From assembly GCA_045599205.1 (NCBI GenBank), contig JAZRVM010000015.1, forward strand, positions 24,742 to 88,741: a stretch of DNA of 64,000 bases, read 5' to 3'. The position numbers and the translations under genes are program-made. The stretch comes from Christensenellaceae bacterium. Lineage in GTDB: Bacteria; Bacillota; Clostridia; Christensenellales; Borkfalkiaceae. Numbering within the stretch: position 1 is the stretch's first letter; each line of letters begins with the position of its first letter. A model generated the notes under the pieces. The model ran no database searches. It saw nothing but the letters and a program-made list of their open reading frames with translations, and was not told where the DNA came from. Below are positions 37,332 to 47,098 of this stretch, piece after piece.

Positions 37332-39918
37332 TGTTTCCCGACTCCTCAACTTGATAGCATTCGATAAAATCGCCTACTTTTATATCGTTGAACTTCTCGA
37401 TAGAAATACCGCACTCGAAACCTTGTCCGACTTCTTTTACGTCGTCTTTGAATCTCTTTAATTGCAAAACGTTACCTTCGCAAATCATAATGTCGCTACG
37501 GTAAATACGGAGTTTTCCGCTACGCATAATCTTACCTTCCGTAACGTAACAACCGGCAACTTGACCGACGCCGGAAATTTTGAATACTTCCCTAACTTCC
37601 GCTTTACCGAGATATACTTCCGTAAATTTCGGAGCAAGCATACCTTTAAGTGCGTTTTGAACGTCTTCTATCGCTTCGTAAATTACACGGTAAAGTTTAA
37701 CGTCAACCCCGCTTCTTTCGGCAGATTGTTTTGCGTTGGAATCGGGACGTACGTTAAAGCCGATAATAATTGCGTGCGAACTTTCGGCAAGCATAACGTC
37801 CGAATCGTTGATTGCGCCGACGGCGGAGTGAATAACGTTGACTTTGACTTCTTCGTTCGAAAGTTTTTCCATTGACTCTCTTACCGCTTCAACCGAACCT
37901 TGAACGTCTGCCTTAACGATAATGTTAAGACCTTTCATTTCGCCTTCCGATATTTTATTGAATACGTCGTCAAGCGATACCTTTTGCGACGACTTAATCA
38001 TATTTTCTCTTTCTTTGTTCTTTCTTTCTTCCGCAACCTGCTTCAAGAGTTTTTCTTGTTCTACGGCAAATAAAACGTCGCCTGCGTTAGGCACTTCGTC
38101 TAACCCCATAATCGAAACGGGCATTGACGGACCGGCACTCGTAATACGTCTGCCTTTATCGTCTATCATCGCCCTTATCTTACCCGTAACCGTTCCGACG
38201 ATAACCGGATCGGATACTTTAAGCGTTCCGTTTTGAACGAGAATCGTTGCGATAGGACCTTTACTTTGGTCGAGTTTTGCTTCGATAACAACGCCCTTTG
38301 CCTTTCTGTTCGGGTTTGCCTTTAAGTCTTTTATTTCTGCTAAAAGTTCTATGCTTTCAAGTAGTTTATCAACGCCGACACCCGTTTTTGCAGAGATAGG
38401 GCAAATCATAACGTCCCCACCCCATTCCTCAGGTAAAAGTCCGTGTTCGGTTAAACCCGTCTTAACCTTTTCGATATTTGCTTCGGGCTTATCGATTTTA
38501 TTTACGGCAACGATAATCGGAACGTTTGCCGCTTTTGCGTGATTTATTGCTTCAACGGTTTGTGGCATAATGCCGTCGTCTGCCGCAACAACAAGCACGG
38601 CAATATCCGTTGCTTGCGTTCCCCTTGCACGCATCGCCGTAAATGCGGCGTGCCCCGGCGTATCAAGGAAAGTCAACTGTTTTCCGCCGACCGACACTTG
38701 ATATGCACCGATATGCTGTGTGATACCGCCTGCTTCACCTGCCGTAACGTTTGTCTTTCTGATTCTGTCGAGAAGCGACGTCTTACCATGGTCAACGTGT
38801 CCCATTACGGTAACGACAGGCGGACGACCTTCCAAAGTACTTGGATCGTCGGCATCTTCAACGAAGCCTTCCGACAAAACGTCTTCCGCCGTCTTATCGA
38901 GTTTAAGTTCGAGTTCGACGCCGAATTCGTCCGCAATATATGCTGCGGTGTCGAAATCAACCGAGTCGTTTATCGTCTTCATAATGCCTTCCTTAAAAAG
39001 ACGTTTGGTAATTTCCGCTGCGGTTACCCCGATTTTTTCGCTCAACACTTTAAGTGCGATTATGTCCGAATTGATAACAGCCTTTTCGATTTTAACCGTG
39101 CTGACAGTCTGTTCTTTTGCCTTCTTTACGGGACGGAATTTTCTGTAACCCGTTTTATCTTCATCGAAATCGTCGATGCTTACTTGATTTTTAATAAGCG
39201 CACGTTTATTTAAGGTATGTTTTTCTTCGTACTGACTGTCGTCGTTTTGTTTTTTCTTATTATTAAAGTTTCTCTTATCCGTTTTTTCGATAACGGCAGG
39301 AGCAACGTAAGTTTCTCTCGGTTTACGGTTAAAGGACGGCTTGTCGCCACCGAACTGCGGTTTACCGAAAGGCTTTTTGTCGCCATTCGGTCGTTCTCCT
39401 TTATATCCACCCCTTTTATTGTCGTACGATGGCTGATAAACGTTACCCGTTGCTTGTGGGCGTGGACGTGAAGTCGTTGACGTTTCGTGACGAACGATAA
39501 AAGAAGGCCTTGCTTTAACTTCCGGCTTAACTTCGACGTCTTGTGTTACGGGTTTTGAAGATGCTTCCGTTTTTTCCTTTTCGTCCGTTTGTTTTTCCTG
39601 TTTTACTTCCGTCTTTTCGTCGGTTGTCGGTAAAGAAGGTTGTTCAACGTGGGTATCTTGTGCGGAAGTCTCTTCCGTCAATAAATCCGCTTTTTTAATT
39701 TCAACGGTCGATTCGGGTTTCTCTTCCAAAACCGTTTCCGCTTTTTGTCTTTGCTCGGCAAAAAACGCAAGTTTTTCTTCAAGTCTTGCCCTGATATTTT
39801 TTGCGGATTTTAAGTGTGACGATATTTCCCCGCCAAGCGACGTAAAACCACCACCCGATAAAGCGTCGTTTACCCTTTTGATGTTTTCGTTACGCTTTTC
39901 TTTTTGTTGTTCAGCCAT
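37324..39918 (-). CDS. infB: translation initiation factor IF-2
   Basis: 864 aa: a low-complexity N-terminus, then the GTPase domain ([21 protein letters not shown]). Confidence 0.95.
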   Translation of the reverse strand: MAEQQKEKRNENIKRVNDALSGGGFTSLGGEISSHLKSAKNIRARLEEKLAFFAEQRQKAETVLEEKPESTVEIKKADLLTEETSAQDTHVEQPSLPTTDEKTEVKQEKQTDEKEKTEASSKPVTQDVEVKPEVKARPSFIVRHETSTTSRPRPQATGNVYQPSYDNKRGGYKGERPNGDKKPFGKPQFGGDKPSFNRKPRETYVAPAVIEKTDKRNFNNKKKQNDDSQYEEKHTLNKRALIKNQVSIDDFDEDKTGYRKFRPVKKAKEQTVSTVKIEKAVINSDIIALKVLSEKIGVTAAEITKRLFKEGIMKTINDSVDFDTAAYIADEFGVELELKLDKTAEDVLSEGFVEDADDPSTLEGRPPVVTVMGHVDHGKTSLLDRIRKTNVTAGEAGGITQHIGAYQVSVGGKQLTFLDTPGHAAFTAMRARGTQATDIAVLVVAADDGIMPQTVEAINHAKAANVPIIVAVNKIDKPEANIEKVKTGLTEHGLLPEEWGGDVMICPISAKTGVGVDKLLESIELLAEIKDLKANPNRKAKGVVIEAKLDQSKGPIATILVQNGTLKVSDPVIVGTVTGKIRAMIDDKGRRITSAGPSMPVSIMGLDEVPNAGDVLFAVEQEKLLKQVAEERKNKERENMIKSSQKVSLDDVFNKISEGEMKGLNIIVKADVQGSVEAVRESMEKLSNEEVKVNVIHSAVGAINDSDVMLAESSHAIIIGFNVRPDSNAKQSAERSGVDVKLYRVIYEAIEDVQNALKGMLAPKFTEVYLGKAEVREVFKISGVGQVAGCYVTEGKIMRSGKLRIYRSDIMICEGNVLQLKRFKDDVKEVGQGFECGISIEKFNDIKVGDFIECYQVEESGNNE

Positions 39919-40241
39919 TATTTATTCTCCTGTTCGATTTCGATATATTCTTTGTCCGTATTGTCTATAAACGCCTTGGATAAAGCCTTGTCCGTTATTG
40001 CCAAAACTTTTGCGTTATCTCTAAACGTTATATCTTCCAAATTTTTCTTCACGGTTTTATAAAGTCTTGCGTGCAATTTCTTCGCAAGTTTTTTCGAATC
40101 GTTTACCGTGTTCTCGCTCGCAGTTTTGCAAACGACCATAACGTATGCCTTTTTTAAGGTCGAAACGGCGTTAAAGCCGATTTTGCACTTATTTGCACGA
40201 ATACTAAACCCTATAAAAGTTTCCGCCTTACTCTTTTCCAT
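39918..40241 (-). CDS. ylxQ: L7Ae-family RNA-binding protein YlxQ
   Basis: 107 aa in the conserved position between ylxR and infB. Confidence 0.8.
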   Translation of the reverse strand: MEKSKAETFIGFSIRANKCKIGFNAVSTLKKAYVMVVCKTASENTVNDSKKLAKKLHARLYKTVKKNLEDITFRDNAKVLAITDKALSKAFIDNTDKEYIEIEQENK

Positions 40242-40491
40242 TAAAATCCCTTTCTATCGCTTCATAAACTTTTACGTCCACTTCTTTTTTGAACGTGCGG
40301 TTCAGCGACTTTAGTTTAATAAGTTTTTTTATGCAACCCGTATCGTTACAAATATATGCGCCACGCCCGTCGGCTTTTCCCGTTTTGTCAAGGCTTATTC
40401 CGTTTTCGCCGTCAACGATTCTGATAAGTTCGTTTTTCGGTCTAACGGCTTTGCACGCAATACACGTCCGCATAGGAACTTTTTTTTCCAT
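40228..40491 (-). CDS. ylxR: YlxR/DUF448 RNA-binding protein
   Basis: 87 aa: PMRTCIACKAVRPKNELIRIV...GRGAYIC. Confidence 0.85.
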   Translation of the reverse strand: MEKKVPMRTCIACKAVRPKNELIRIVDGENGISLDKTGKADGRGAYICNDTGCIKKLIKLKSLNRTFKKEVDVKVYEAIERDFNGKE

Positions 40492-40524
40492 ACTTACTTC
40501 TCTTTATTAAAAATTTAAGATTTA

Positions 40525-41616
40525 TTAACCTTCGGTAACTTCTTCCGTTCCGCTTTCCGTTAAGTCTAAATCTTCACCTGCGTTAGATTCGCTCTTTACG
40601 TCGATTTTCCAACCCGTAAGTCTTACGGCAAGTCTTGCGTTTTGACCGCTTCTGCCGATTGCAAGCGACAATTTATCGTCCGGAACGATAACACGTGCGT
40701 TGTTTTCGCCCTCCAACTGATATACTCTTAATACCTTTGCAGGCGACAATGCTTTTGCAATAAATTCAAGCGGATTTTCACTCCACAAAATAATATCGAT
40801 TTTTTCGCCACCGAGTGCGGAAACGATGGCGTTTACTCTTGCGCCCTTGTTGCCTACACATGCACCTACAGCGTCGATTTGCGGATCGGCACTATATATT
40901 GCAATCTTGGTTCTCTGCCCCGGATCACGAGCAACGCTCTTTATCTCGACAAGACCTTGCTTGATTTCCGGTACTTCGTTCTCAAACAATCTCTTAACAA
41001 GTCCGCTCGAAGTTCTCGATACGACTACTTGTGCGTCGTTACCGATGTTTTTAACCCTTTTAACGAATACGTCGAGTTTTTGATTGAGTTCGTACTTTTC
41101 TCCCGGAACTTGGTCTTTTGGCATTAAGATACCTTCGAGTTGGTTTGCACCCATTTCAACGTAAACGTTACCGTCTTCGATACGTCTTACCGTGCATGCC
41201 ATAAGTTCGCCTTCTTTATCTTCGAATTCGGCTACGTTATTGCTTTGTTCGATTTCACGGAGTTTTTGCGTCAAAACCTGTCTGCCCGTTTGAGCGGCAA
41301 TTCTCGTAAAGTTCTTCGGCGTAAATTCTTCTGTCAAAACGTCCCCGACCTTTATACTCTTTTTGATTTGTTGTGCTTCTTCCAAACTGATTTCCTTATC
41401 AAAATCGACAACTTCTTCAACGACGTTTTTAACGCTGTAAAATTTTACCGATTTTTTCTCGGCGGAAATTTTAACTTCAACGCCCGTTGCGTCCCCTGCA
41501 TACTTTTTGTATGCAATAACCAAGGCATTTTCCAAAGCCTTCAAAAATTCCGTTTGGGAAATACCTTTTTGTTTTTCAAGGTCCTCTAATGCTAAAAAGA
41601 AATCTTGACTAATCAT
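40525..41616 (-). CDS. nusA: transcription termination/antitermination factor NusA
   Basis: 363 aa with S1 and KH domains (RTKIAIYSADPQIDAVGACVGNKGARV, AIGRSGQNARLA). Confidence 0.95.
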   Translation of the reverse strand: MISQDFFLALEDLEKQKGISQTEFLKALENALVIAYKKYAGDATGVEVKISAEKKSVKFYSVKNVVEEVVDFDKEISLEEAQQIKKSIKVGDVLTEEFTPKNFTRIAAQTGRQVLTQKLREIEQSNNVAEFEDKEGELMACTVRRIEDGNVYVEMGANQLEGILMPKDQVPGEKYELNQKLDVFVKRVKNIGNDAQVVVSRTSSGLVKRLFENEVPEIKQGLVEIKSVARDPGQRTKIAIYSADPQIDAVGACVGNKGARVNAIVSALGGEKIDIILWSENPLEFIAKALSPAKVLRVYQLEGENNARVIVPDDKLSLAIGRSGQNARLAVRLTGWKIDVKSESNAGEDLDLTESGTEEVTEG

Positions 41617-41670
41617 TTTTGTTCTCCTAAATATGTATTATTAAATTTTATTCTTTACGATTTCGTGTTC

Positions 41671-42135
41671 TTATTCAAAATCGATAAATTCGTTCATCTT
41701 TTCAAGGCTTTTTAATTCAAGCGACAGCGTAAGCTTTTCACTCACTTTGATAACGACCGCCTTTTTGTCGTATTTTTCCAAAATCCCGTCGTAAGCTTTT
41801 TTACCTTTAACGGAATTTTTGAGTTTAACTTCAACCTTTTGACCGATATGCGATAAATAATCTTCATCGGTTCTAAACGCCCAGTCAATTCCCGCACTTG
41901 AAACGTTCAAAGTGTAAGGCTCGCCGTAGGTCGGGTCCAACTCGTCCAAAGGGGATTCAAAGGCTTTATGAAATTCTTCACACGTATCAAGGTCCATTCC
42001 GCCGTCTTTTTTTAAGTAAACCGTCAAAGAAGGGTTTTTGCCTTGCTTAAACTCAACGTCGTAAACCTTAACACCCGTTTTTTGTGCAATTTCTTCCGCA
42101 AGAGATACTATCTCACTAATAGATTTAACTTTCAT
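41671..42135 (-). CDS. rimP: ribosome maturation factor RimP
   Basis: 154 aa, directly upstream of nusA. Confidence 0.85.
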   Translation of the reverse strand: MKVKSISEIVSLAEEIAQKTGVKVYDVEFKQGKNPSLTVYLKKDGGMDLDTCEEFHKAFESPLDELDPTYGEPYTLNVSSAGIDWAFRTDEDYLSHIGQKVEVKLKNSVKGKKAYDGILEKYDKKAVVIKVSEKLTLSLELKSLEKMNEFIDFE

Positions 42136-42199
42136 TATTGCCTCATTGTTTTGTTTTTACAATCGTTGCCCAACCGAAAAATTTTCCTTTCCGCCACCG

Positions 42200-42233
42200 A
42201 TAAAAACAAATGAGAACGGCAAAGCGTTCTCAT
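42200..42233 (-). terminator. intrinsic terminator inside the rimP-nusA leader (candidate attenuator)
   Basis: On the minus strand: ATGAGAACG CTTTGC CGTTCTCAT followed by TTGTTTTTAT. It lies about 65 nt upstream of the rimP ATG and downstream of the putative promoter. Confidence 0.6.
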
Positions 42234-42263
42234 TAAGTCAAGCATATTTATTGTTCGTATATT

Positions 42264-42292
42264 ATATTACCATATAATATGCTTTTTTGCAA
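42264..42292 (-). promoter_or_regulatory. sigma-A-type promoter (extended -10) for rimP-nusA-infB
   Basis: On the minus strand: TTGCAA (42287-42292), 17-nt spacer ending in TG-G, then TAATAT (42264-42269). Confidence 0.55.
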
Positions 42293-42324
42293 GCGTTTTT
42301 ATCACTTTTATTTTGCGTTTTGTT

Positions 42325-43851
42325 TTATTCTTTTTCCGCAATCTTCATAAGTTCGATAAACACTTGTGCCGTTGCCCTTGCGTCCGACAACGCTCTATGG
42401 TGATTAAAAGAAATATTGAAATTATCCGCCACCGTATCAAGGTCGAATTTTTTTAGCGTCGGCAAAAGTTTTTTAGATAATGCCCACGTGTCGAAAACTT
42501 CGCCCTTTACTTCGTAATCGGCTTCACGTGCAAATTTTTTTATAAAAGAAAGGTCAAATTCTACGTTATGCCCGATAATGGCGCACCCGTCGATAAACTT
42601 CATAAAATCGGGAAGTACCGCCGAAAAGCGTGGTGCGTCCTTTACCATATCGTTTGTTATACCCGTAAGTTCGGTTATCTTTTCGGTTATTATCTTGTCG
42701 GGATTTATAAGCGACGAAAATTGTTCGATGATTTTTCCGTCCCTTATCTTTACCGCACCGACATCCGTTATGTTGTCCTTTAACACTTCAAGCCCCGTGG
42801 TTTCTAAATCGAACGACACGAAATCTCTGCCCATAAACATATCGGGGATTTTCGAGTTTAAGTCAAAAACGCTTTCAACCCTGACACTCTCCGCAGGTTC
42901 GGGAAAAATCAAGTGATAACTTTTCGGTGCAGACTTTTTATAACGGTCTTTCTTTTTGAAATCTTCGGGGAAAGTGCAACGGTTTATCTTGTTAAAGGTA
43001 AACGACGGCGTACCGTTATATTCGCCCATACTGCCCCGTGCGATAATACACTCGCCTTCGGTTATATCTCTTATTTTTTGACACGTCGCTTTTTTGGAAA
43101 AATAAAGTCCGCTAACCCTTCCCGTCGTATCGTCAACGTGGATAATAAAAAACGGTTTACCCGTCTTGGTTTCTTTTTCCACGATTTTGGTAACTCTTCC
43201 GCAAATAACGGCTTCTCCCGACGTAACGTCTTCAATGTATTCCGCCAAATCTCCCATTTGGTCGTCGTCGATTATAACGACGTCCTTAACCCTAATGGTT
43301 CTATGTTCGATTTTTTCAAGTTCGCCTTCGAAAACGTCTTCGGAAAGAATATCGATTATTTCTCCTTCGTCCTTTTGTTCCGTACTCCCCAAGAAGTCGG
43401 AACAAAACTTATGCCTTAAATGTTCGTTGATTTTCGAAATAAGAGAGTTTCTCGTTACGTATTCAATGCCGTCCTTATTAAGTCTTAAAACGTACTTGAC
43501 GTTATCCCCGAACACGTCGCAATTAATATCGGTCTTTTTTAAGAAAATGGATATCGACGGGAAATTGTCTTTTAAGAATTTATAAATCTCGTTACCGCAC
43601 AATTCGTTTTCGGCAACGATTTTTTTTACGGTAATTTCAACGCTCTTGAATACGGGTGCCGTTATTTTTTCGACTTCGCCGAGAATCTTTGATTTTAACT
43701 CGTCGTCAATCGTCTTGTCGCAAATGAAATTATAAGTTACTTTATGCTCGTTTTTCCCGACGACTACGGATGAAATTTTTATTTTATTAAGCCTTTCGTC
43801 TATACTTCGAAGGTCGGACAAAAACTCTGATTCCGTCTTTATCGTATACAT
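42325..43851 (-). CDS. PolC-like N-terminal/OB-fold/DnaQ-type 3'-5' exonuclease protein lacking PHP and polymerase domains
   Basis: 508 aa. Exo motifs FVSFDLETTGLE (ExoI), IIGHNVEFDLSF (ExoII) and HHRALSDARATAQVF (ExoIII). They are preceded by an OB-like segment (AVICGRVTKIVEKETKTGKPFFIIHVDDTTGRVSGLYF...CIIARGSMGEYNGTPSF) that parallels the B. subtilis PolC OB domain from memory. The gene occupies the ispG-polC-rimP slot. Confidence 0.75.
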   Translation of the reverse strand: MYTIKTESEFLSDLRSIDERLNKIKISSVVVGKNEHKVTYNFICDKTIDDELKSKILGEVEKITAPVFKSVEITVKKIVAENELCGNEIYKFLKDNFPSISIFLKKTDINCDVFGDNVKYVLRLNKDGIEYVTRNSLISKINEHLRHKFCSDFLGSTEQKDEGEIIDILSEDVFEGELEKIEHRTIRVKDVVIIDDDQMGDLAEYIEDVTSGEAVICGRVTKIVEKETKTGKPFFIIHVDDTTGRVSGLYFSKKATCQKIRDITEGECIIARGSMGEYNGTPSFTFNKINRCTFPEDFKKKDRYKKSAPKSYHLIFPEPAESVRVESVFDLNSKIPDMFMGRDFVSFDLETTGLEVLKDNITDVGAVKIRDGKIIEQFSSLINPDKIITEKITELTGITNDMVKDAPRFSAVLPDFMKFIDGCAIIGHNVEFDLSFIKKFAREADYEVKGEVFDTWALSKKLLPTLKKFDLDTVADNFNISFNHHRALSDARATAQVFIELMKIAEKE

Positions 43852-44882
43852 TTATCAATCTCACCAAAGAACACCTTTTCGGCGTCTTCTTCCTTTATTT
43901 TTTTCTCTATCTTTCCGTCAATGAAAATAACGCACTCTCCGTTACCGGCACCGGCTATCCCGAGTTTACAATCGCTTGCTTCCCCCGGTCCGTTTACCGC
44001 ACAACCCATGACGGCGATTTTAAGACTTTTCGTTACGTTTTGACAATACGCTTCCACTTTTTTCGCAAACCCCATACAGTCCCACTCACATCTTCCGCAC
44101 GTCGGGCAGGCAACAAGCGTTACCCCCATATCGAACATACCGAGTGCCGACAATATGGCTTTCCCCGCAACGACTTCACGCACGGGATCGGCAGATAAAC
44201 TTACCCTTATCGTATCTCCGATACCACGGCTTAAAAGAGATCCTATGCCGATACTGTTTTTAATTATTCCGTTATATTCCGTTCCCGCTTCCGTTACGCC
44301 CAAGTGAAGGGGATAATCGGTTTTTTTGCTGACGTATTCATACGCTTTTATCATAAGCGGAACGGACGATGCCTTTACTGAAATTACGATATTTTCCACT
44401 CCGTACTTTTCCAAAACGGCAACGTTTTTAAGTGCGCTTTCGCCAAGGGAAATTTCGTTCTTGCCGTATTTACGCAAAAACTCTTTTTCGACGCTTCCGG
44501 TGTTTGCTCCGACACGTACGGGAATACCCCTTTCCTTTAACGCCTTCGCAACTTCTTCAACGTTTTTTTCGTTGCCGATATTTCCCGGGTTAATACGGAT
44601 TTTATCGGCACCCGAAACTATTGAGTCGATTGCGAGTTTATGGTCGAAATGAATATCCGCAACGAGTGGCATATCGGTTTTCTTTTTGAGTTCTTTTATC
44701 GAAAAAGCGTCAAGGCTGTCAAGCACGGAAAACCTTACGATATCACAACCCGCATTTTTTAATTCTTCAATTTGTTTTAACGAATTTTCCGTATCGCAAA
44801 GCCTTGTCGTCGCCATTGATTGAACGGCAATTCTTTCTCCGCCACCGATTACGATATTCCCTATCTTGACTTTCTTACTCAT
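43839..44882 (-). CDS. ispG: 4-hydroxy-3-methylbut-2-enyl diphosphate synthase
   Basis: 347 aa: IAVQSMATT, and CPTCGRC with GCAVNGPGE for the Fe-S cluster. Confidence 0.95.
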   Translation of the reverse strand: MSKKVKIGNIVIGGGERIAVQSMATTRLCDTENSLKQIEELKNAGCDIVRFSVLDSLDAFSIKELKKKTDMPLVADIHFDHKLAIDSIVSGADKIRINPGNIGNEKNVEEVAKALKERGIPVRVGANTGSVEKEFLRKYGKNEISLGESALKNVAVLEKYGVENIVISVKASSVPLMIKAYEYVSKKTDYPLHLGVTEAGTEYNGIIKNSIGIGSLLSRGIGDTIRVSLSADPVREVVAGKAILSALGMFDMGVTLVACPTCGRCEWDCMGFAKKVEAYCQNVTKSLKIAVMGCAVNGPGEASDCKLGIAGAGNGECVIFIDGKIEKKIKEEDAEKVFFGEIDKCIR

Positions 44883-44933
44883 ACTTCACCTTTTTAATAT
44901 AATATCACAATTCCTGCAGTAAGTAAAGTAAAA

Positions 44934-44960
44934 TAAAAAAACGCCTTTCGGCGCTTTTAT
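44934..44960 (-). terminator. intrinsic terminator closing the phage-derived block
   Basis: As minus-strand RNA: AAAAGCGCC GAAA GGCGUUUU followed by UUUAUUUU. It sits between the last structural gene (stop at 44979) and the ispG start (44882). Confidence 0.75.
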
Positions 44961-44978
44961 ATTTTTATTAAGTTGTTC

Positions 44979-45884
44979 TTATTCGGGATTTTCCGCAGCG
45001 TTTATTTTATATGCGTAAACAAGGTCGGCGTAATACTCGTCGAGATATACGGCGATTTTCTTTTCGCTTTTAATGTCGTTATAAGCAACCATCGGCGAAA
45101 GAGAATCGTAATACCCGCTTACGCAGGAAATTGCGTCGGAATAATAACCCATATCGATAAGTTCTTCTTTAGAATAACCCGTTTCGTGTACTTGCAAATA
45201 TTTTAATTTTAAGTTCGCATTTATTTCCACCACGCTGTTTTCATATCTCTGCTCTCTCTCGTCGGCGCTGTTATTATACTTGGTTATCGCCAAAACTTTT
45301 TCTTCTTCCTTTTCGTAAAGTTCAATAACCTTTGCGTTTACTTCCGCACTTTCAACTTCTTGGTAATACGTATCGACGCCCGTTATGTCCGCATCGATAC
45401 GAGTTATTTTTGCGTTTATCTCGGAAACGGCGTCGTTAAATTTCGACGTAATTTCGGTAATCTTTGCGTTTTTGTTTTCTTCCGTTTTGGAAAGTTTTTG
45501 AAGGGTAATATCGGAATCCATAATCCCCTTCGACAACGCCTCTTTTTTCATGGCGGAAACGGATTTTGCGTATTCCGACCGAACTGATAAAATTTGTGCG
45601 TCTTTTGCCGTCGTCAATTCGGTTATCTTGTTTTGAAGTGCGCTTTTTTCCGCCGTTAGACTTTCCTTCCGCTTTAACCGTCTTTCTTTTTGTGCGCCAC
45701 ATAAAAGCGACGTCGCTTTCGAAATCAATTCGTTTTGCGTCGGCGCCGTGTAAGTTAACCGTTCGATATTAAGCGGTGTTATTACGGTGTTTTCGTACTC
45801 GAATTTACGAAGCCTATAATACGAGAAAATATCTCTTAACGTTTCATACATTTCTTCCTTTGTCGTTGGAACTGTAAAATCCAT
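44979..45884 (-). CDS. phage-block protein with long central coiled coil (needle/plug-like?)
   Basis: 301 aa with a heptad-rich central region (KESLTAEKSALQNKITELTTAKDAQILSVRSEYAKSVSAMKKEAL...). Last gene of the block, 2 nt after the preceding stop. Confidence 0.7.
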   Translation of the reverse strand: MDFTVPTTKEEMYETLRDIFSYYRLRKFEYENTVITPLNIERLTYTAPTQNELISKATSLLCGAQKERRLKRKESLTAEKSALQNKITELTTAKDAQILSVRSEYAKSVSAMKKEALSKGIMDSDITLQKLSKTEENKNAKITEITSKFNDAVSEINAKITRIDADITGVDTYYQEVESAEVNAKVIELYEKEEEKVLAITKYNNSADEREQRYENSVVEINANLKLKYLQVHETGYSKEELIDMGYYSDAISCVSGYYDSLSPMVAYNDIKSEKKIAVYLDEYYADLVYAYKINAAENPE

Positions 45885-45886
45885 AA

Positions 45887-47098
45887 TTATCTCCTATAAA
45901 AAAGTTTTATTTTTTCTATACCGAAATTTTTTGAATCGCCTCTGACTTTTATCGTAAACAGCCTTGAATTTAAAAAAGCCTTTATTTCGTTTTCGCCACT
46001 ACGTAACTTATACTCTTTTAAACCGAAATCACCCGATACCGTCATTATGCAATCCGCATCGACTTCAACGATTATTTTATAGACGAATTTTTTGCCGTCG
46101 CAATTTAACGCCAAGCCCGACGCCTTATAAACGGATTCGCCATCACCTAAAAGATATACCTTGCCGTTTTTGTCCATAAAAATTCCTTTGCCGATATATT
46201 TTAAGCACGAATTTTCTTCGTACGGTTTTACGTAATACGTGTCCTTTGTATTTACGTCGTAAATTAAAAATTTCTCGCCGATATCGTCTTTGATTTTTAC
46301 GACGTACTTGCCTAAATAATTCGACGCCCAGTCCGTAACGACGTAATCTTTCTCCCCTTTTTGGCAGGCACTTTCGTTTTCTCCCGTTAGCGACGTAAGA
46401 CAATTCGAACGGATAAAGTAAACCTTTCCGTCAATCGTGGTAAGTGATTTTTCGTTGATATCCACAACCGACGTATCAAGAGTCGTTACGATAAAATCTT
46501 CACACGAATATTTCGCCGTTATCTTTTTGATTTTCGTTTTTGTCAAAGCGTACAAAACGTCGTCCACCGCAAACAACAATCGAATTTCGTCGCCGAAGTC
46601 TATTTCCCCTTCTTTTTCTATTTCTTCGCCGTCTAAAACGAGTTTGGAAAACAAAAGTTTTTGACCGTGCGAGCAAAAAATTCGCCCAGCAAAATACGTG
46701 TAATTCTTCCCATCGAATATCTTTTTATATTGAAGTCCTTTCCCAAGCATAACGCACTTACCGTTACCGCAAACGGATATTACTTCTTCGCCCTTATACT
46801 TAAAGTTAAAAAGGTTTGGGGGACGTAAAAACCCACCTGAAACGAGAATCATTGCTCCGCCTTCTAATCGGTAAAGATTGCCGTCCGCACAAAAGACGTA
46901 CGTTTTATCCGATACCGTGTAAGATTTTTTTATCTCCGAATTTTTATGCGTATCGAAAGCATAACGAAGCCCCTTCGTTCCGACCACCTTTTTGGGTTTT
47001 ATTAAGCACGAATAACTCTCTTTCGAAACAGACAAAAAATCATTAACGTTATAAAAAAGTTCTTTTTCTTTTTTAAACCTAAACATAGGAATTGCCAT
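45887..47098 (-). CDS. phage-block protein with repeated beta-propeller-like blades (tail hub/nozzle-like?)
   Basis: Recurrent blade-like motifs: ADGNLYRLEGG, VDDVLYALTKT, IDGKVYFIRSN, KNGKVYLLGDG. The ATG at 47096-47098 (MAIPMFRF) lies 9 nt after AGGAG and forms a TAATG stop-start overlap. The track start at 47107 is too close to the SD. Confidence 0.7.
   Translation of the reverse strand: MAIPMFRFKKEKELFYNVNDFLSVSKESYSCLIKPKKVVGTKGLRYAFDTHKNSEIKKSYTVSDKTYVFCADGNLYRLEGGAMILVSGGFLRPPNLFNFKYKGEEVISVCGNGKCVMLGKGLQYKKIFDGKNYTYFAGRIFCSHGQKLLFSKLVLDGEEIEKEGEIDFGDEIRLLFAVDDVLYALTKTKIKKITAKYSCEDFIVTTLDTSVVDINEKSLTTIDGKVYFIRSNCLTSLTGENESACQKGEKDYVVTDWASNYLGKYVVKIKDDIGEKFLIYDVNTKDTYYVKPYEENSCLKYIGKGIFMDKNGKVYLLGDGESVYKASGLALNCDGKKFVYKIIVEVDADCIMTVSGDFGLKEYKLRSGENEIKAFLNSRLFTIKVRGDSKNFGIEKIKLFYRR

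Noticed and set aside
38539-39213. Long plus-strand ORFs lying inside minus-strand genes. Examples: 1359-1961, 2233-2688, 3282-3803, 37462-37875, 38539-39213, 42913-43419, 50728-51456, 61749-62300. The minus-strand ORF 53741-54340, which lies opposite the GH39-like gene, is the same kind of case.
   Set aside because: Each lies antisense to a gene with strong motif support. Their translations are low-complexity or biased (runs of F, R, C, S). They lack SD sequences. They are the expected shadow ORFs of an AT-rich, codon-biased genome.
42136-42324. Possibility that the missing PolC polymerase part survives as a pseudogene downstream of the 508-aa exonuclease gene
   Set aside because: Only about 190 nt are available. 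They are AT-rich non-coding sequence containing a promoter and a leader terminator, with no open frame or PolC-like translation.
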